This document shows positions 14,601-29,600 of a DNA stretch of 64,000 nucleotides, piece by piece. The notes under the pieces were generated by a model, which had not been told where the DNA came from, ran no database searches, and worked only from the letters and a program-made list of their open reading frames with translations. The stretch's first letter is position 1, and every line of letters starts with the position of its first letter. The stretch is taken from NCBI RefSeq assembly GCF_026571515.1, contig NW_026864408.1, positions 62,001-126,000 of the forward strand. Reading direction: 5' to 3'. The position numbers and the translations under genes were made by a program. The stretch is from Ruditapes philippinarum (Eukaryota).

Positions 14601-17600
14601 TTTACTTATGGATTTATATCTATTTCAGGCCTATCCTAATGATCTGGAAAAAAAACCACATAACACCTCATAACATATTTTCGAGCATTGTACTGTCGAC
14701 CTAAATAATGATGAAAAAAACAACACAACAAAATAGCCTGTAGTATTATAATTTATCATAAAAAAGATCCTCATAAATCACCATCTGATTGTACATTAAA
14801 AAATATCATTATATCATAATTTATAGTCCTTTTTTTTTTTTTTCTTAAAAAATAATCACTCACAGAAGCCTGGGTATCAATGAACCTGAGTGACAAAAAA
14901 CTTTTAAAATTAACTCATCTCCGAACTACGTGACCATGAAAGCTTAAGTTACAAAAGATATGCATCTATCCATTGAAGGTCCATATCGTACAGATATCCC
15001 CATATCATACAGTCATGTCCATAGTGAATCGTTTACCTTCGCTTGACTTATATTGTTAAAGTTCATGGGTGGTTACTAAGATAATATAGTAACCTTAGCA
15101 AACTTCAGTAGTTAAAAAATACCCAAGACCTTGTTCCCAATCTGATATATGGTGTAATTTAATCAACCCTTTCTAATGATTTGTTGAGCTTTTTTTACTG
15201 TAAAATTCCATAGTAACCCAAAAATACCATGGGTAGTAACAAACTACATGTTTACTATATTTCTAGCTTTATTAATTTAGCAGAATAGTAACATAATTCC
15301 AAAAATCTAATTTTCTCTTTTCACATAAGGCTCCTTTCGTTTAGGAAAAAATACTACATGTATATTTTAAGCTTATTTGGCAAGCAAAACAATAACATAA
15401 TTTCTAAATCTAAATTTCTTCTTTTTCACATAAAGATCCTTAAGTTAAGAAATTTATAATACCAGTAACAGTTAAAGGCTTAAATTTTAAATTTTCTTGA
15501 ACATGTTTGATAAAATTCCATAATACAAGACAATGAATGCGAGATCCTGGCATGTACAATGGTATATAGAAATGTTACATAATCATTATTCTATTATATA
15601 TATTCCTACATTAATTTAATTCATTTCGTTGGGTTTAGGGTCATAGAGCAAACAATTTTGGCACTGAAAACGTATTTTGTGACAAAAATGAAACATGCAT
15701 AGTTATGTCCCGGACAGTAATAAATATCATTAAACATGCTCTTGTATTAGTACTTTTTCTCACAAAAAAGGTAATTATTCTGGAACTTATATTAACTGAT
15801 TATTTTCTCTTTGATCTTGGGACACATTAATATTGCTGTGACTAGCTTCCAATATATTTCCTTAAAGCAGCTTGTCTCCAGATCCATGCTAATTTTTGTG
15901 AAAATTTTTAAAATGTATTATCAAAGAGCAAAACTATTGTCAAGTAAATAAAGAAAGCAATTAACCGCATTGCAAACGTCAATTATAATCTACGAAAATT
16001 ACCATAAATACTTTAAATCGCTCAAAATATGCAGTAGAAATATGGTGATAATACTGCAAAAGTCTGAAATTAATTGCATATAACATGTAAATTATTTCTT
16101 GAATAGTGAATATTTTTACTTTGTTTAAAATCTTTGTACATTTTTCTTAAGGTTGCAGATTATCTGATTATCTTAAAATATTTTGGCTCATCTGTAGGCA
16201 TGCATCTATAATCCGGGATTATTCAATCACTGTATAATCACTATATAAATATCAGCCTCCTGCTCGCCACAAAAATATTCCAATTTTAATTTATGTGCAT
16301 ATTTACTCTTAAATTTTAATTGCACAATTGGCAGGCAGTCAATATCTCCGATGTAAAAGAGCTTTAAAAGATTGACAAATTGCCATAGCAATAAAATTTG
16401 CAAAAAAACATGAGAAACCATTTATGTTTTCATAATCTGTAACCATATTTATTTCCAATAAATTTTATTGTTTTTGAAGTCCTTATACTGAAAGCTTATT
16501 TTTTCAATACTTCCCTAACCAGAAAATGCGCATTTGTGAAAATGATCCCTTATCCAAGCATTTGTGAAAATGGTCCATTATCAAAGCATTTGTGAAAATG
16601 GTCCCTTATCAAAGCATTTGTGAAAATGGTCCCTTATCACATTTTTTGTGAAAATGGTCCCTTATCCAAGCAATTGTTTAAATTATCCCTTATCTAAGCA
16701 TTTGTGAAAATGGTCCCTTATCTAAGCATTTGTCAAAATCGTCCCTTATCCAAGCTTTAGTGAAAATTGTCCATTATCAAAGCATTAAATTTTGTGAAAA
16801 TTGTCCCTAAAATATCCAAGCATTTGTGAAAATTGTCTATAATCTGAGCATTTGTGAAAATGGTCCCCTATCCAAGTTTTGGTGCATAATGAAGGGCATT
16901 ATTGGGATAAAGCCTGAGACAGAGCATGTATATTTTCTCTTCCTTTTAATAAATTTTTTTTCATATACCAGTAACAAAAACATTCTCTTTAAATTCAAAG
17001 ACTAAGATTTCCCGCACATGTGCAAGTGCGACAGTGTTTAAATTCGGTTAAAATGCCTTCACACTGTATGCATTTGGAACAAGAGCTGTCGGTAGGACAG
17101 CAACGCTCGACTATTCTTAGTGCTTGATAGTAAAAAAAATGCTTGATACAGTTACCTCCTCCTGTTTACAGGTTGGGGTCATGATGGTGAACAAGTGTGC
17201 AAAGTTTCAAAGCCATATGTCAATGGACTTTGAAAATATTTGAACTATTACAAAAACTTTAACGTAAATTCTAAGTCGAAAAAGGGGCATAATTCTGTCA
17301 AAATGCTTGATAGAGTTACCTCCTCCTGTTTACAGGTTGGGGTCATGATGTTGAACAAGTGTGCAAAGTTTCAAAGCCATATGTCAATGGACTTTGAAAA
17401 TATTTGAACTATTACAAAAACTTTTAACGTAAATTCTAAGTCGAAAAAGGGGCATAATTCTGTCAAAATGCTTGATAGAGTTACCTTCTCCTGTTTACAG
17501 GTTGGGTCATGATGTTGAACAAGTGTGCAAAGTTTCAAAGCCATATGTCAATGGACTTTGAAAATATTTGAACTATTACAAAAACTTTTAACGTAAATTC

Positions 17601-20600
17601 TAAGTCGAAAAAGGGGCATAATTCTGTCAAAATGCTTGATAGAGTTACCTCCTCCTGTCTACAGGTTGGGGTCATGATGGTAAAACAAGTGTGCAAAGTT
17701 TCAAAGCCATATGTCAATGGACTTTGAAAATATTTGAACTATTACAAAAACTTTAACGTAAATTCTAAGTCGAAAAAGGGGCATAATTCTGTCAAAATAC
17801 TTGATAGAGTTACCTCCTCCTGTCTACAGGTTGGGGTCATGATGGTGAACAAGTGTGCAAAGTTTCAAAGCCATATGTCAATGGACTTTGAAAATATTTG
17901 AACTATTACAAAAACTTTAACGTAAATTCTAAGTCGAAAAAGGGGCATAATTCTGTCAAAATGCTTGATAGAGTTACCTCCTCCTGTCTACAGGTTGGGG
18001 TCATGATGGTGAACAAGTGTGCAAAGTTTCAAAGCCATATGTCAATGGACTTTGAAAATATTTGAACTATTACAAAAACTTTAACATAAGTGGTTACGCC
18101 GACGCTCGGGTGACTGCAATAGCTCTACTTATTCTTATCGAATAGTCGAGCTAAAAAGGGGCATAATTCTGTCAAAATGCTTGATAGAGTTACCTCCTCC
18201 TGTCTACAGGTTGGGGTCATGATGGTGAACAAGTGTGCAAAGTTTCAAAGCCATATGTCAATGGACTTTGAAAATATTTGAACTATTACAAAAACTTTAA
18301 CATAAGTGGTTACGCCGACGCTCGGGTGACTGCAATAGCTCTACTTATTCTTATCGAATAGTCGAGCTAAAAATGCAGTATACTGATACTGTAGGCTTTA
18401 TGAAAATAATGACATCATATTATGCAGTTAAATTTGTTAAAATTTTAAAAATATATCAATATGGTATTGCTTAAATAGTCTAGATGCTGGTTATATTTTC
18501 ATGAATACAGACAAGTCAGTCCAGCTTTTATATTTAGAACTGTCCATAATCAATTTGGGGGATTTCAAGAGATGTAAAATTTGTCATTCAACAGTATAGA
18601 GCCTGGTCACACTGCAAGGATATGCAGGCAGGCTTTGGCTCTGAACTGGTGGCAAGACTCCAACACAAGGAAGTAAATTACTGATGGCATATAAATGTTA
18701 TCATCACTGCTAATTTATTCTTTTACTTTTATTGTGTGATATGCATTTTTATCACACACCAGTGCCGACTTTGAGACTCCATAATGGTACTGCACGGCCG
18801 TGCATATATTTTGACTTGACATCATTAATGTTATACAAATATATCTTAAAGACAAGCTAAATGTTAGCATTATACTACAGGCGCGTCAGTGAAAAATGAC
18901 TCTTGTTTCACTTTAAACGGTACTTATTTTGGGTATGTGATCAACAGAATATGAAATTTCTGTAAGTTCCATACTGAATTTATTGAACTTGTTGAATAAA
19001 ATAATATTAGGCTCGACAGAGGCTTGTATAATTATATAATTTTATTCAACTTGTGCAATAAATTCAGTATGGAACTTACACTCATTCAATATCCTCTATA
19101 TATAATCATTGTTGAAATGACAATGCAGGGACTGAATTAAAAGATGTCAGACTACTGAACAAGTGTTAGTGAATCCCTCATTAAATTCTTTTTAAAAAGG
19201 ATACCTGATATAGTGTACTTTCTTTCATACTGGATGATCACATAACACTTCTTTACTTACATGTATAAATATATACTTTTGTCACATAATTAAAGATCAT
19301 AGGCCATATGTTGTATTCATATACCACTGATAATACATGTATATATATATATCAATCTGTTTCTTACTTTCAATGATAACAGAAAAATCAATTCTCTTAA
19401 TGCCTTTGTCATGTTTCACATTGACACACAGCTTCCATTCATCCTAACTTACAATCTTGTATACTTTTGTGAAAAGGTGAAAAGATCGGCTTTTAGTAAT
19501 TAGAGCTTAATTGTCAACACTTCCATCGAAAACCTATGCTAATTTGTTTTTCTGATGCACTCATTGTATGCTTGCAATTATTTCATTTCATTCAAAGCCT
19601 TGTGAAGAATGCATTCAGGTTGGGTAACGTTTTGATTGGATAGTTTTTATTTTATAAATGGAAAGTGTCACTTTATGAATTATGACATTATCATATGATG
19701 CAATAATGTGCAATGAAGGTTGGAACATAAAATTTTCATGAGTCTTATTCAAAAATTGATCATGTGTTATAATGTAGACTGTGCTCTTTCTCTGAATAAC
19801 TTCCTTTTCATATATTGCTACACAGGAAGTTGAAACAGTAAACCAGACAAACAAACAAAATATCACCTTCCAGTCTGTACAAATCTAAATTTAAATTATG
19901 TTAAACAGTTTAGACTTGATAAGATTGAATAGTCCCACTTGTCAAAATATTCCATCAATGAATAAAAATGTTTATGTTTTTTTCCAAAATGATTATCATC
20001 GTTCCCCTATTGCCAACAATGTATAAAGATGACAAAACAACATTTAACGAGGAATCAAGATTGTCATAAATTAGGACTATAACGACAATAACCTTTGTGA
20101 AAAGACATGCTGATTAGTATATTTTCTTGTGATAAAATCATCAAACTTTATCCCCTGCCAAAACTGAACAAGTTGCCTTAATCCAGGGCACTGTGCCACG
20201 ATTATTGGTAATTGTTATGATCTGTATGTACTTATGAAAGAATAAAAACAATGATACATACAAAAGCTTGAAATTTTGAAAATTGGTATAGTATCATTTA
20301 TACACGTTGCTGACGCAATATATGGGAGAATATAGCCTGAATGAGATAAATATGACCTCAGAGGCTCTAGCAAATTGTTATTGTTCATAAGGAAACCCAG
20401 CAACTTTTGACTGTTTGCAAAAAAGCATTGTAAAAAGACACACATAATCAGCGGCTATGCCTAACGTTGCATTACAAAAAAAGTAATTCCAGTTAAGTCA
20501 TCATTGCCAAGTAACTTTTAATTAGAGTTCTGAAGTAATGACATTTGAATAAAGAAATAATGAAAAATACTATAAAAACAAAATGCAATAAAAATGTTAT

Positions 20601-23600
20601 GCACGCAGATAGTTAACTGTCTACAATATAGAAATACATTGTTATTTGTGCGGGCAATTTGGTTCTTCACGGTATTTACAGCAAAGTATACAAATCGTTT
20701 AAGCCAATCGGATTCAATAAATTTATTCGCATTATCATGATTTATAAAAAGTGCTCTTGATCAGATATTCGGCCTTCATGCATTTCCCTGCAATCCTCAA
20801 CATCCTGTGCATAAAACAGAATAAACTGTTCGTAAACAAATTTTTAAGCTATTACTTTTAAGTAGGATAATTTAACTGTTTAGCAATGATTCCGCCCATG
20901 ATTGGGATCATCTCCACTTAGTGAAATATATAAACATATTTCTTTCATACAGGTATTCTGGGAATTTTTTTTTTTTCAAAATTCATATAATAATTTCGAA
21001 ACATATATAGCTTTATACAATTTACACAATTCATCTTTCTTGTGTTTAAGTAAGTTTGACCGAACTCTGAGATTTATTATCACTTTGATTTTAAGCCTGA
21101 TATACATGTACTTACTGATACATAGTGCAGCTAACAGTCTTGTGGCGGCCTCTGGTGGATCGCAGGAAGGGAAGAATGGTTGAAGAGCATAATAAGCAAA
21201 AGTGAGAGCAACAATAGCTTGAGCTGTCGGCCGAATGATAATCAAATTCACCTGAAATACACAAATACTCATCAGCATTATTCTCATAATCATCATCATT
21301 ATACTAATTATGCTACTCGTCATAATCATCCTTATTACATTGTTAACTCATCATCATCATTATTATCATCATAATCATCATTATTACCATAGCAATCCTT
21401 ATTGTACTAATCATTATCATAATCATTATCATCATCATCATCATCATTATACTAATCATACTACTCATCATAATCATCCTTATTAAACTCATTATCATCA
21501 TCATCATAAAATAGATAAAATATAAAATAATGCATTGGATATGTAAGGGTCTAATAAGCTTCATATCAAGAAGCACAAATTATTTTGATTTAATTTTTTT
21601 TGTCGTTGTTTTTCATTCTTTTCATTTCTTTTTTAATGTTTAAACAGATCTATAAATCTTAAACCACAGTACCTTTCATTTATCTCTTACAATATTGTTA
21701 TTGGTACATATTTGATCTTTATTAAACTAATCTCCTTAATCTCTGACTGATATATATCTATACAAAGAGACCAAGTAAACGAAGAAATTAAAATGACCAT
21801 AATATTTATAATTCAGAATTTCACAAATGCTAGATTAAAACAAGATATGTTTGTAAAACATGTATGCCCCCTATCAGCAGCCAATTATTCATGTGATAAG
21901 GTAATTATGCATGACTTCTGACCCTGTGATCAAACAATTAATAAGGGTTATCAAGTATCTACTGGTCATGACCTTGACCTTTGACCCCTTGACCAAAACT
22001 CCAATAGGGGTCATCTGCTGGTCAAGACAAATCATCATACAAAGTTTGAAGTTCCTAGGCCTAAGCGTTTTTACTTAATTTGATCAGAAACCGTTTTTAC
22101 TTACAAGGTCAATGTGACCTTTGACCTTTGACCCCTTGACCCCAAAATTCAATAGGGGTCATTTGCTGGTCATGACTAATCACCATGCCAAGTTTGAAGT
22201 TTCCTAGGCCTAAGGTTCTTTTATATTGATCCGAAACCGTTTTAACATACAAGGTCAATGTGACCTTGACCTTTTGACCCCAAAATCAATAGGGGTCATC
22301 TGCTCGATCCATGGGGGACCAAATCACCTATGCCAAGTTTGAAGTTCCTAGGCCGAAGTGTTTCTTTAGTTATTGATCAAACCGTTTTTACTTACAAGGT
22401 CAATGTGAACCTTGACCTTTGACCCCTGATCCCAAAATCGAAAGGGTAAATCTGCTGGTCATTGAAAAATTCACCATACCAAGTTTGAAGTTCCTAGGCC
22501 TAAGGGTTCTTAAGTTATTGATCAGAAACCGTTTTTACCCCTTACAAGGTCAATGTGAACCCTTGACCTTTGAACCCCTTGACCCCAAAACTCAATAGGG
22601 GTCATCTGCATGGTCACCACCCCAATCATCATACAAAGTTGAAAAGTTCCTAGGCCTAAGCCGTTTTTAGTTAATTGATCGGCAACCGTTTTTTTTACCT
22701 ACAAGGTCCAATGTTACATGACCTTTGACCCCTTGACCCTAAAAACAATAGGTCATCTGCTGGTCATGACCAAATCCCCATACCAAGTTTGAAGTTCCTA
22801 GGCCTAAGGTTTCTTAAGTTATTGATCGGAAAGCAATTTTTACCTACAAGGTCAATGTGACCTTTCCCTTTGACCCCTTAACCCCCAAAATCAGTAGGGG
22901 TCATCTGCTGCTCACTGACCCAATACCATCCACCAAGTTTCGAAGTCCTACGGCCTAAGGTTTCCCCTTTAGTTATTGATGCGGAACTGCTTTTTACCTA
23001 AGAGGTCAATGTTACCTTGACCTTTGACCCCTTGACCCCAAAATTCCAATAGGGGTCATCTACTGATCTACATGACCAATCACCATACCCCAAGTTTTGA
23101 AGTTCCTAGGCCTAAGGGTTTCTTTAATTATTGATCCGAAACTGTTTTTACCTAAGGGAGGTCAATGTGACCTTGACCTTTTACCCCTTGACCCCAAAAT
23201 CAATAGGGGTCATCTACTGATCATGACCAATCACCATATCAAGTTTGTAGTCCCTAGGCCTAAGGTCTTTCGTTATGATCGGCAAAACCGTTTTTACCTA
23301 ACAAGGTCAATGTAGACCTTGACCTTGACCCCTTAACTCCAAAATCAATAGGGGTCATCTCTACTGATCATGACCAATCACCATATCAAGTTTTGAAGTC
23401 CCTAGGCCCTCAGGGTTCTTTCGTTATTGATCGGAAACCGTTTTTACCTACAAGGTCAATGTGACCTTGACCTTTGACCACTAAACCCCAAAATCAAATA
23501 GGGGTCAATCTGCTGGTCATAACCAATCACCATACCAAGTTTGAAGTTCCTAGGCCTAAGGGTTCTTTTGTTATTGATCGGAAACCGTTTTTTTTTACCC

Positions 23601-26600
23601 AAGAGGTCAATGTGACCTTGACCTTTGACCCCTTGACCCCAAAATTGTTAGGGGTCATCTACTGATCATGACCAATCACCATACCAAGTTTGAAGTTCCT
23701 AGGCCTTAAGGTTCTTTACTTATTGATCGGAAACCGTTTTTTGCTTACAAGGTCAATGTGACCTTGACCTTTGACCCCTTGACCCAAAATCAATAGGGGT
23801 CATCTACTGATCATGACAAAATCACCATTACCAAGTTTGAAGTTCCTAGGCCTTTAGGTTCTTTAGTTATTGATCGGAAACCGTTTTTGCTTACAAGGTC
23901 AATGTGACCTTGACCTTTGACCCCTTGACCCCAAAATCAATAGGGGTCATCTACTGATCATGACAATCACCATACCAAGTTTTGAAGTTCCTAGGCCTTA
24001 AGGTTCTTTAGTTATTGATCGGAAACCGTTTTTGCTTTACAAGGTCAATGTGACCTTGACCTTTGACCCCTTGACCCCAAAATCAATAGGGGTCATCTAC
24101 TTGTCATGACCAATCACCATACCAAGTTTGAAGTTCCTAGGCCTAAGGGTTCTTTAGTTATCACTCGGAAACCATTTGGTCTACGGACCGACGGACCGAC
24201 AAGTGCAAAGCAATATACCCCCTTTTTTTCAAAAGGGGGCATAATAATCATGTCATAATGATTACTAACATAATGGGGATTTTCGTTTCAACAGGGTATT
24301 ATTAGTAATAATATATTGAAATTAAATGATTACAAGTTTATAAATACTGTTTCACAGTAAAAATATTTTATTTTTAAGAGACGATAACAAAATCAACTGA
24401 AGAGATGTCACAAAAACAGCATGCTTGACTTTTCTTGAAATGTGATGGTAAACAAAATCCAGATAGGGAAAATAATTCAGTAAACATTTATGCTAGAGTT
24501 AAGGGGTCTTGGTCTGTGGTTTACAGTTACAGTCCAAAAGACATTAATGTTTATATTTCAAGTGAATACCTTTAGCTTGTATAATGATGAATTTTTCATG
24601 CTAGTTCTTAACCAAAGGGGTATAATTTAGAAAAAGTACATGCTAGAGTTATGGGTCTTGGACAGAACAGGAAATCGTGGCTGCATACAATAGGTGTTAA
24701 CCGGAAGCCAGCAAATACAAGTTTTCCATATCTAATCTTGGGCTACATAAATACTATTACTGTTATAACTTCACAGTGCACTGCTATTATCAATAGCATG
24801 GTCAATGTGTTGCAGTAATTACATGTATCAATATATCTAGTAAAAGTTTGTTTGTACGCCATAACCTAGACCGGAAAAATCCACATTTGCCGAGTTTCAA
24901 TCTTTATGCCATGTGTGCACGAACCCAAATAACTTCAGTGGTTGATAAAATGTAGTATCATCCATAACATAAACAAGTGATGCAATAGTAAGTGAGCTGA
25001 ACTTTTTTATTTGAATACTCTACTATAAACTAAAAATAACATTTAAGTATCATCCACAGCTGTTATACATCCATCTGCTAACATTATTTAAAGCGCACAA
25101 AGATTTTAAAATTAAAATTCACAAGGTCATATTGTTTTTCGACTAGGGCATACAAGACATTCATGTTTTGCAGTTATAACTAGAACTGCCACTATCATGG
25201 CGTGAATACCCCCGCATACCACTTTGTCTGAATCAACAGTGGCCATTTAGAACTCAAGGACAACCACCCTGCCAAATCTGAGGTGACTAAGCCAATGCAT
25301 TGCTAAGTTATGTATTCTACATGCTTCAAATGTCAAAATCAATACACTCTGGACAGGCATTGGGGAAAAGCTTTATTTTGACAAGGTCCCTGTGACCTTG
25401 ACCTTTGACCCAGTGACCTCAAAATCAATACGGATCATTTACTAATCATGACTAACCTCCATGCCAAATATGAAGACTGTGGGTCATAGGAACCTTAAGT
25501 TTTTGGGCGGACAAGCTTTTTGAAGTCAAGGCCCCTGTGACATTGACCTTTGACTTCAAAATCAATAGGGGTCATCTACTAATCACGACTAACCTCCATG
25601 CCAAATATGAAGACTGTGGGTCAAAGGAATCTTAAGTTATTGGGCGGACAAGCTTTTTGAAGTCAAGGCCCCTGTGACCTTGACCTTTGACCTCAAAATC
25701 GATAGGGGTCATCTACTTATCATGACTAACCTCCATGCCAAATATGAAGACTGTGGGTCAAAGGAATCTTAAGTTATTGGGCGGACAAGCTTTTTGAAGT
25801 CAAGGCCCCTGTGACCTTGACCTTTGACCTGGTGACCTCAAAATCGATAGGGGTCATCTACTTATCATGACTAACCTCCATGCCAAATATGAAGACTGTG
25901 GGTCAAAGGAATCTTAAGTTATTGGGCGGACAAGCTTTTTGAAGTCAAGGCCCCTGTGACCTTGACCTTTGACCTGGTGACCTCAAAATCAATAGGGGTC
26001 ATCTACTTATCATGACTAACCTCCATGCCAAATATGAAGACTGTGGGTCAAAGGAATCTTAAGTTATTGGGCGGACAAGCTTTTTGAAGTCAAGGCCCCT
26101 GTGACCTTGACCTTTGACCTGGTGACCTCAAAATCGATAGGGGTCATCTACTTATCATGACTAACCTCCATGCCAAATATGAAGACTGTGGGTCAAAGGA
26201 ATCTTAAGTTATTGGGCGGACAAGAAAAAACCGACGGACGCCGGACGGCCAGACGGCCGGACGGACAATCTGATTCCAGTATACCCCCCTTACAACTTTG
26301 TTGTGCGGGGGTATAAAAATTGTTTTCAATACCAAATCAGACAGCTGAATGTTTATACTTTTTAAGTAATATTTTGGTAGTCCATCCACCTGACTTGTTT
26401 TCCTGGATAACCAACAAATAACATTACCAACTTATTAGCAAGTGTCCGGCAGATAAGCAGTGAGAGACAAATTGAGGGATTGGTGCAAAACAGCTGTAAC
26501 TCGTATTATATAATGAAGGAGTTACGTCTGTTTGTCACCAATCCATGAAAATGACTTTGACTCAATGTCTGAGATCAATTGTCATGAAGAAATTTTGCCT

Positions 26601-29600
26601 CCGACACCTGAGGATTGATCCAACTGGATCGTCACTTACAAATACCATTGAGGTAATTTCAAACTTACCCATAGCTGCAGGAAAGCCAAGCATGGTCCAA
26701 AGGCTTCAAGAATGTAGGCATAATCCCCTCCTGACCTTGTGATTGTGGTTCCAAGCTCCGCGTAACACAGTGCACCAATAAGTGACAACAACCCGCAACC
26801 TGCCCACACGATAATTGCAACACCAACCTGAAATAACACAAACATTAAATATTTATTATTCACTCATATGACATCTTAAATGATTTCGTTCACTTGTATA
26901 ACCCTTTGTCAGGTCTATTGCCATAAAATAAAGAACTTCAATCACGGCTTCAGTGCGACTCTTTGTAGATTCTGTACAATCCCTAAAATTAACTAGAACT
27001 ATCACTAAATGTGATTAATACCCCCACAAGTCTGCTTCGGAAATGAGGATGTTACTAGTAACAGAATACCTTGTAAAAGAATTGAAACATAGAGTAATGG
27101 TTGTGGGCAATTAAAGATAATTGTTGTTCATATATGTTGCATTTCCTTTGAATGTGGTTGGCCATTGATGAAGTTTAATTGAATTACTATGTAATAAGTC
27201 CAGAAAGACAAAGAAAAAGAACAAAGGGCAATAACTCTATAAATACTGAAGATAGAGTTATAGTTCTTGTGCACTGCACTTCCTCTTATTGTGCTTGACC
27301 ATTGTATGAAGTTGTTTTGAATTTCAACCAGTACGTTTTAAGTTATGCTCCGGACAAGGAAAAGTATCAAAGGGCAGTAACTCTGTATTTTGTCAAAATG
27401 GAGTTATGGCTCTTGTGCACTGCATTTCCTTTTAATGTCCTTGACAACTGTATGAAGTTGTACTGAATTCCAAACATTAGTTTTCAAGTTATGCTCTGGA
27501 CAAGGAAAAGTAACAAAGGGCAATAACTCTGTAATTAGTCAATATGGAGTTATGGTTCTTGTGCACTGCACTTCCCCTTATTGTGCTTGACCATTGTATG
27601 AAGTTGTTTTGAATTCCAACCAGTAGTTTTCAAGTCATGCTGTGGACAAGGAAAAGTAACAAAGGGCAGTAACTCTGTAATAAGTCAAGATGGAGTTATG
27701 GTTCATATGCACAGCACTTCCTCTCAATGTGCTTGACCATTGTATGAAGTTATAATGAATTCCAACAATAAGTCTTCAAGTTATGGTCCGGACAAAAGAA
27801 AGCAATGGAAAAGAAACAAAGGGCAATAACTCTGTAATTAGTCAAGATGGAGTTATGGTTCTTGTGCACAGCACTTCCTCTCAATGTGCTTGACCATTGT
27901 ATGAAGTTATAATGAATTCCAACAATAAGTCTTCAAGTTATGGTCCGGACAAAAGAAAGCAATGGAAAAGAAACAAAGGGCAATAACTCTGTAATTAGTC
28001 AAGATGGAGTTATGGTTCTTGTGCACTGCACTTCCCCTTATTGTGCTTGACCATTGTATGAAGTTGTTTTGAATTCCAACCAGTAGTTTTAAAGTTATGC
28101 TCTGGACAAGGAAAAGAAACAAAGGGCAGTAACTCTGTAATAAATCAAGATGGAGTTATGGTTCTTGTGCACTGCACTTCCTCTCAATGTGCTGGACCAT
28201 TGTATGAAGTTATAATGAATTGCAACAATTAGTCTTCAAGTTATGGTCCGGACAAAAGAAAGCAATGGAAAAGTAATAAAGGGCAATAACTCTGTAATTA
28301 CTTTAGATAGAGTTATGGTTCTTATGCACTGCACTTCCTCTCAATGTGCTTGACCATTGTATGTAGTTATATTGAATTCCAACCATTAGTCTTCAAGTTA
28401 TGGTCCGGACAAAAAAAGAAGGCAATGGAAAAGCAACAAAGGGCAATAACTCTGTAATTACTTATGATATAGTTATGGTTCTTGTGCACTGCACTTCCGC
28501 TTATTGTGTTTGACAATTGTATGAACTTGTTTTGAATTCCACCCAGTAGTTTTCAAGTTATGCCACGGACAAGGAAAAGTAACAAAGGGCAATAACTCTG
28601 TAATTAGTCAAGATAGAGTTATGTTTCTTACGCACTGCACTTCCTCTCAATGTGCTTGACCATTGTATGTTGTTATATTGAATTCCAACAATTAGTCTAC
28701 AAGTTATGCTCCGGACAAGGAAAATGCAACGGACAAAAAAAAGCAATGGAAAAGCAACAAAGGGCAATAACTCTGTAATTACTTTAGATAGAGTTATGGT
28801 TCTTGTGCACTGCACTTCCCCTTATTGTGTTTGACAATTGTATGAAGTTGTTTTGAATTCCAACCAGTAGTTTTCAAGTTATGCCCCGGACAAGGAAAAG
28901 TAACAAAGGGCAATAATTCTGTAATTAGTCAAGATAGAGTTATGGTTCTTGTGCACTGCACTTCCTCTCAATGTGCTTGACCATTGTATGTAGTTATATT
29001 GAATTCCAACTATTAGTTTTCAAGTTATGCTCCGGACAAGGAAAATGCAACGGAAGTCTGGACCGACCGACCGACCGACCGCCCGACCGACCGACCGACC
29101 ACCGAGTGACTCCTATATACCCCCCCAAACTTCGTTTTTGGGGGTATAATAATGGACTGGTCAAAATTCAAAGGAGAACAAGTTCATTTCATTACTTTTG
29201 TGGAGTACATCAATAAAACCTCAAATCTTGTTAATACTATCAATATGTATGAATTTCCTACAAGATATTGGCTTAAACGAGATACTGACTTCAAGGCATT
29301 AGAGACTGATCGCATTTGCTACAATTTGGACAGACAAAACTTAAATCTGAAACTTCTTGGTTACAAAAATAGACAGACAGGACCAAATCTGATACTTCTT
29401 AAGAAGGAAATAAAGCTCTATGTCATTAAAAGCTTACATTCAACAAACATCTTTCTTACAAGGAGTAGGTGTATAAGTAAAGTTTCAGTAGATTTATGGT
29501 CGAATAGTCCGATATGTAGCAATTAAAGCATTTAAACAACAATGTTTAAGTAGCAATTTAGCCTGACACAACATTTTTCAACTTCTCTGCCCACAATGCC

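Noticed and set aside
16531-16876. CRISPR-like appearance of short repeats (also 62190-62690 and 30870-31160)
   Set aside because: Head-to-tail repeats without unique spacers, eukaryotic context, no cas genes.
21180-21576. Met/Ile-rich and His-rich ORFs
   Set aside because: Translations of the (ATC)n microsatellite.
29152-29526. 124-aa plus-strand ORF
   Set aside because: No recognisable domain, antisense within an intron, adjacent to a repeat end; likely chance.
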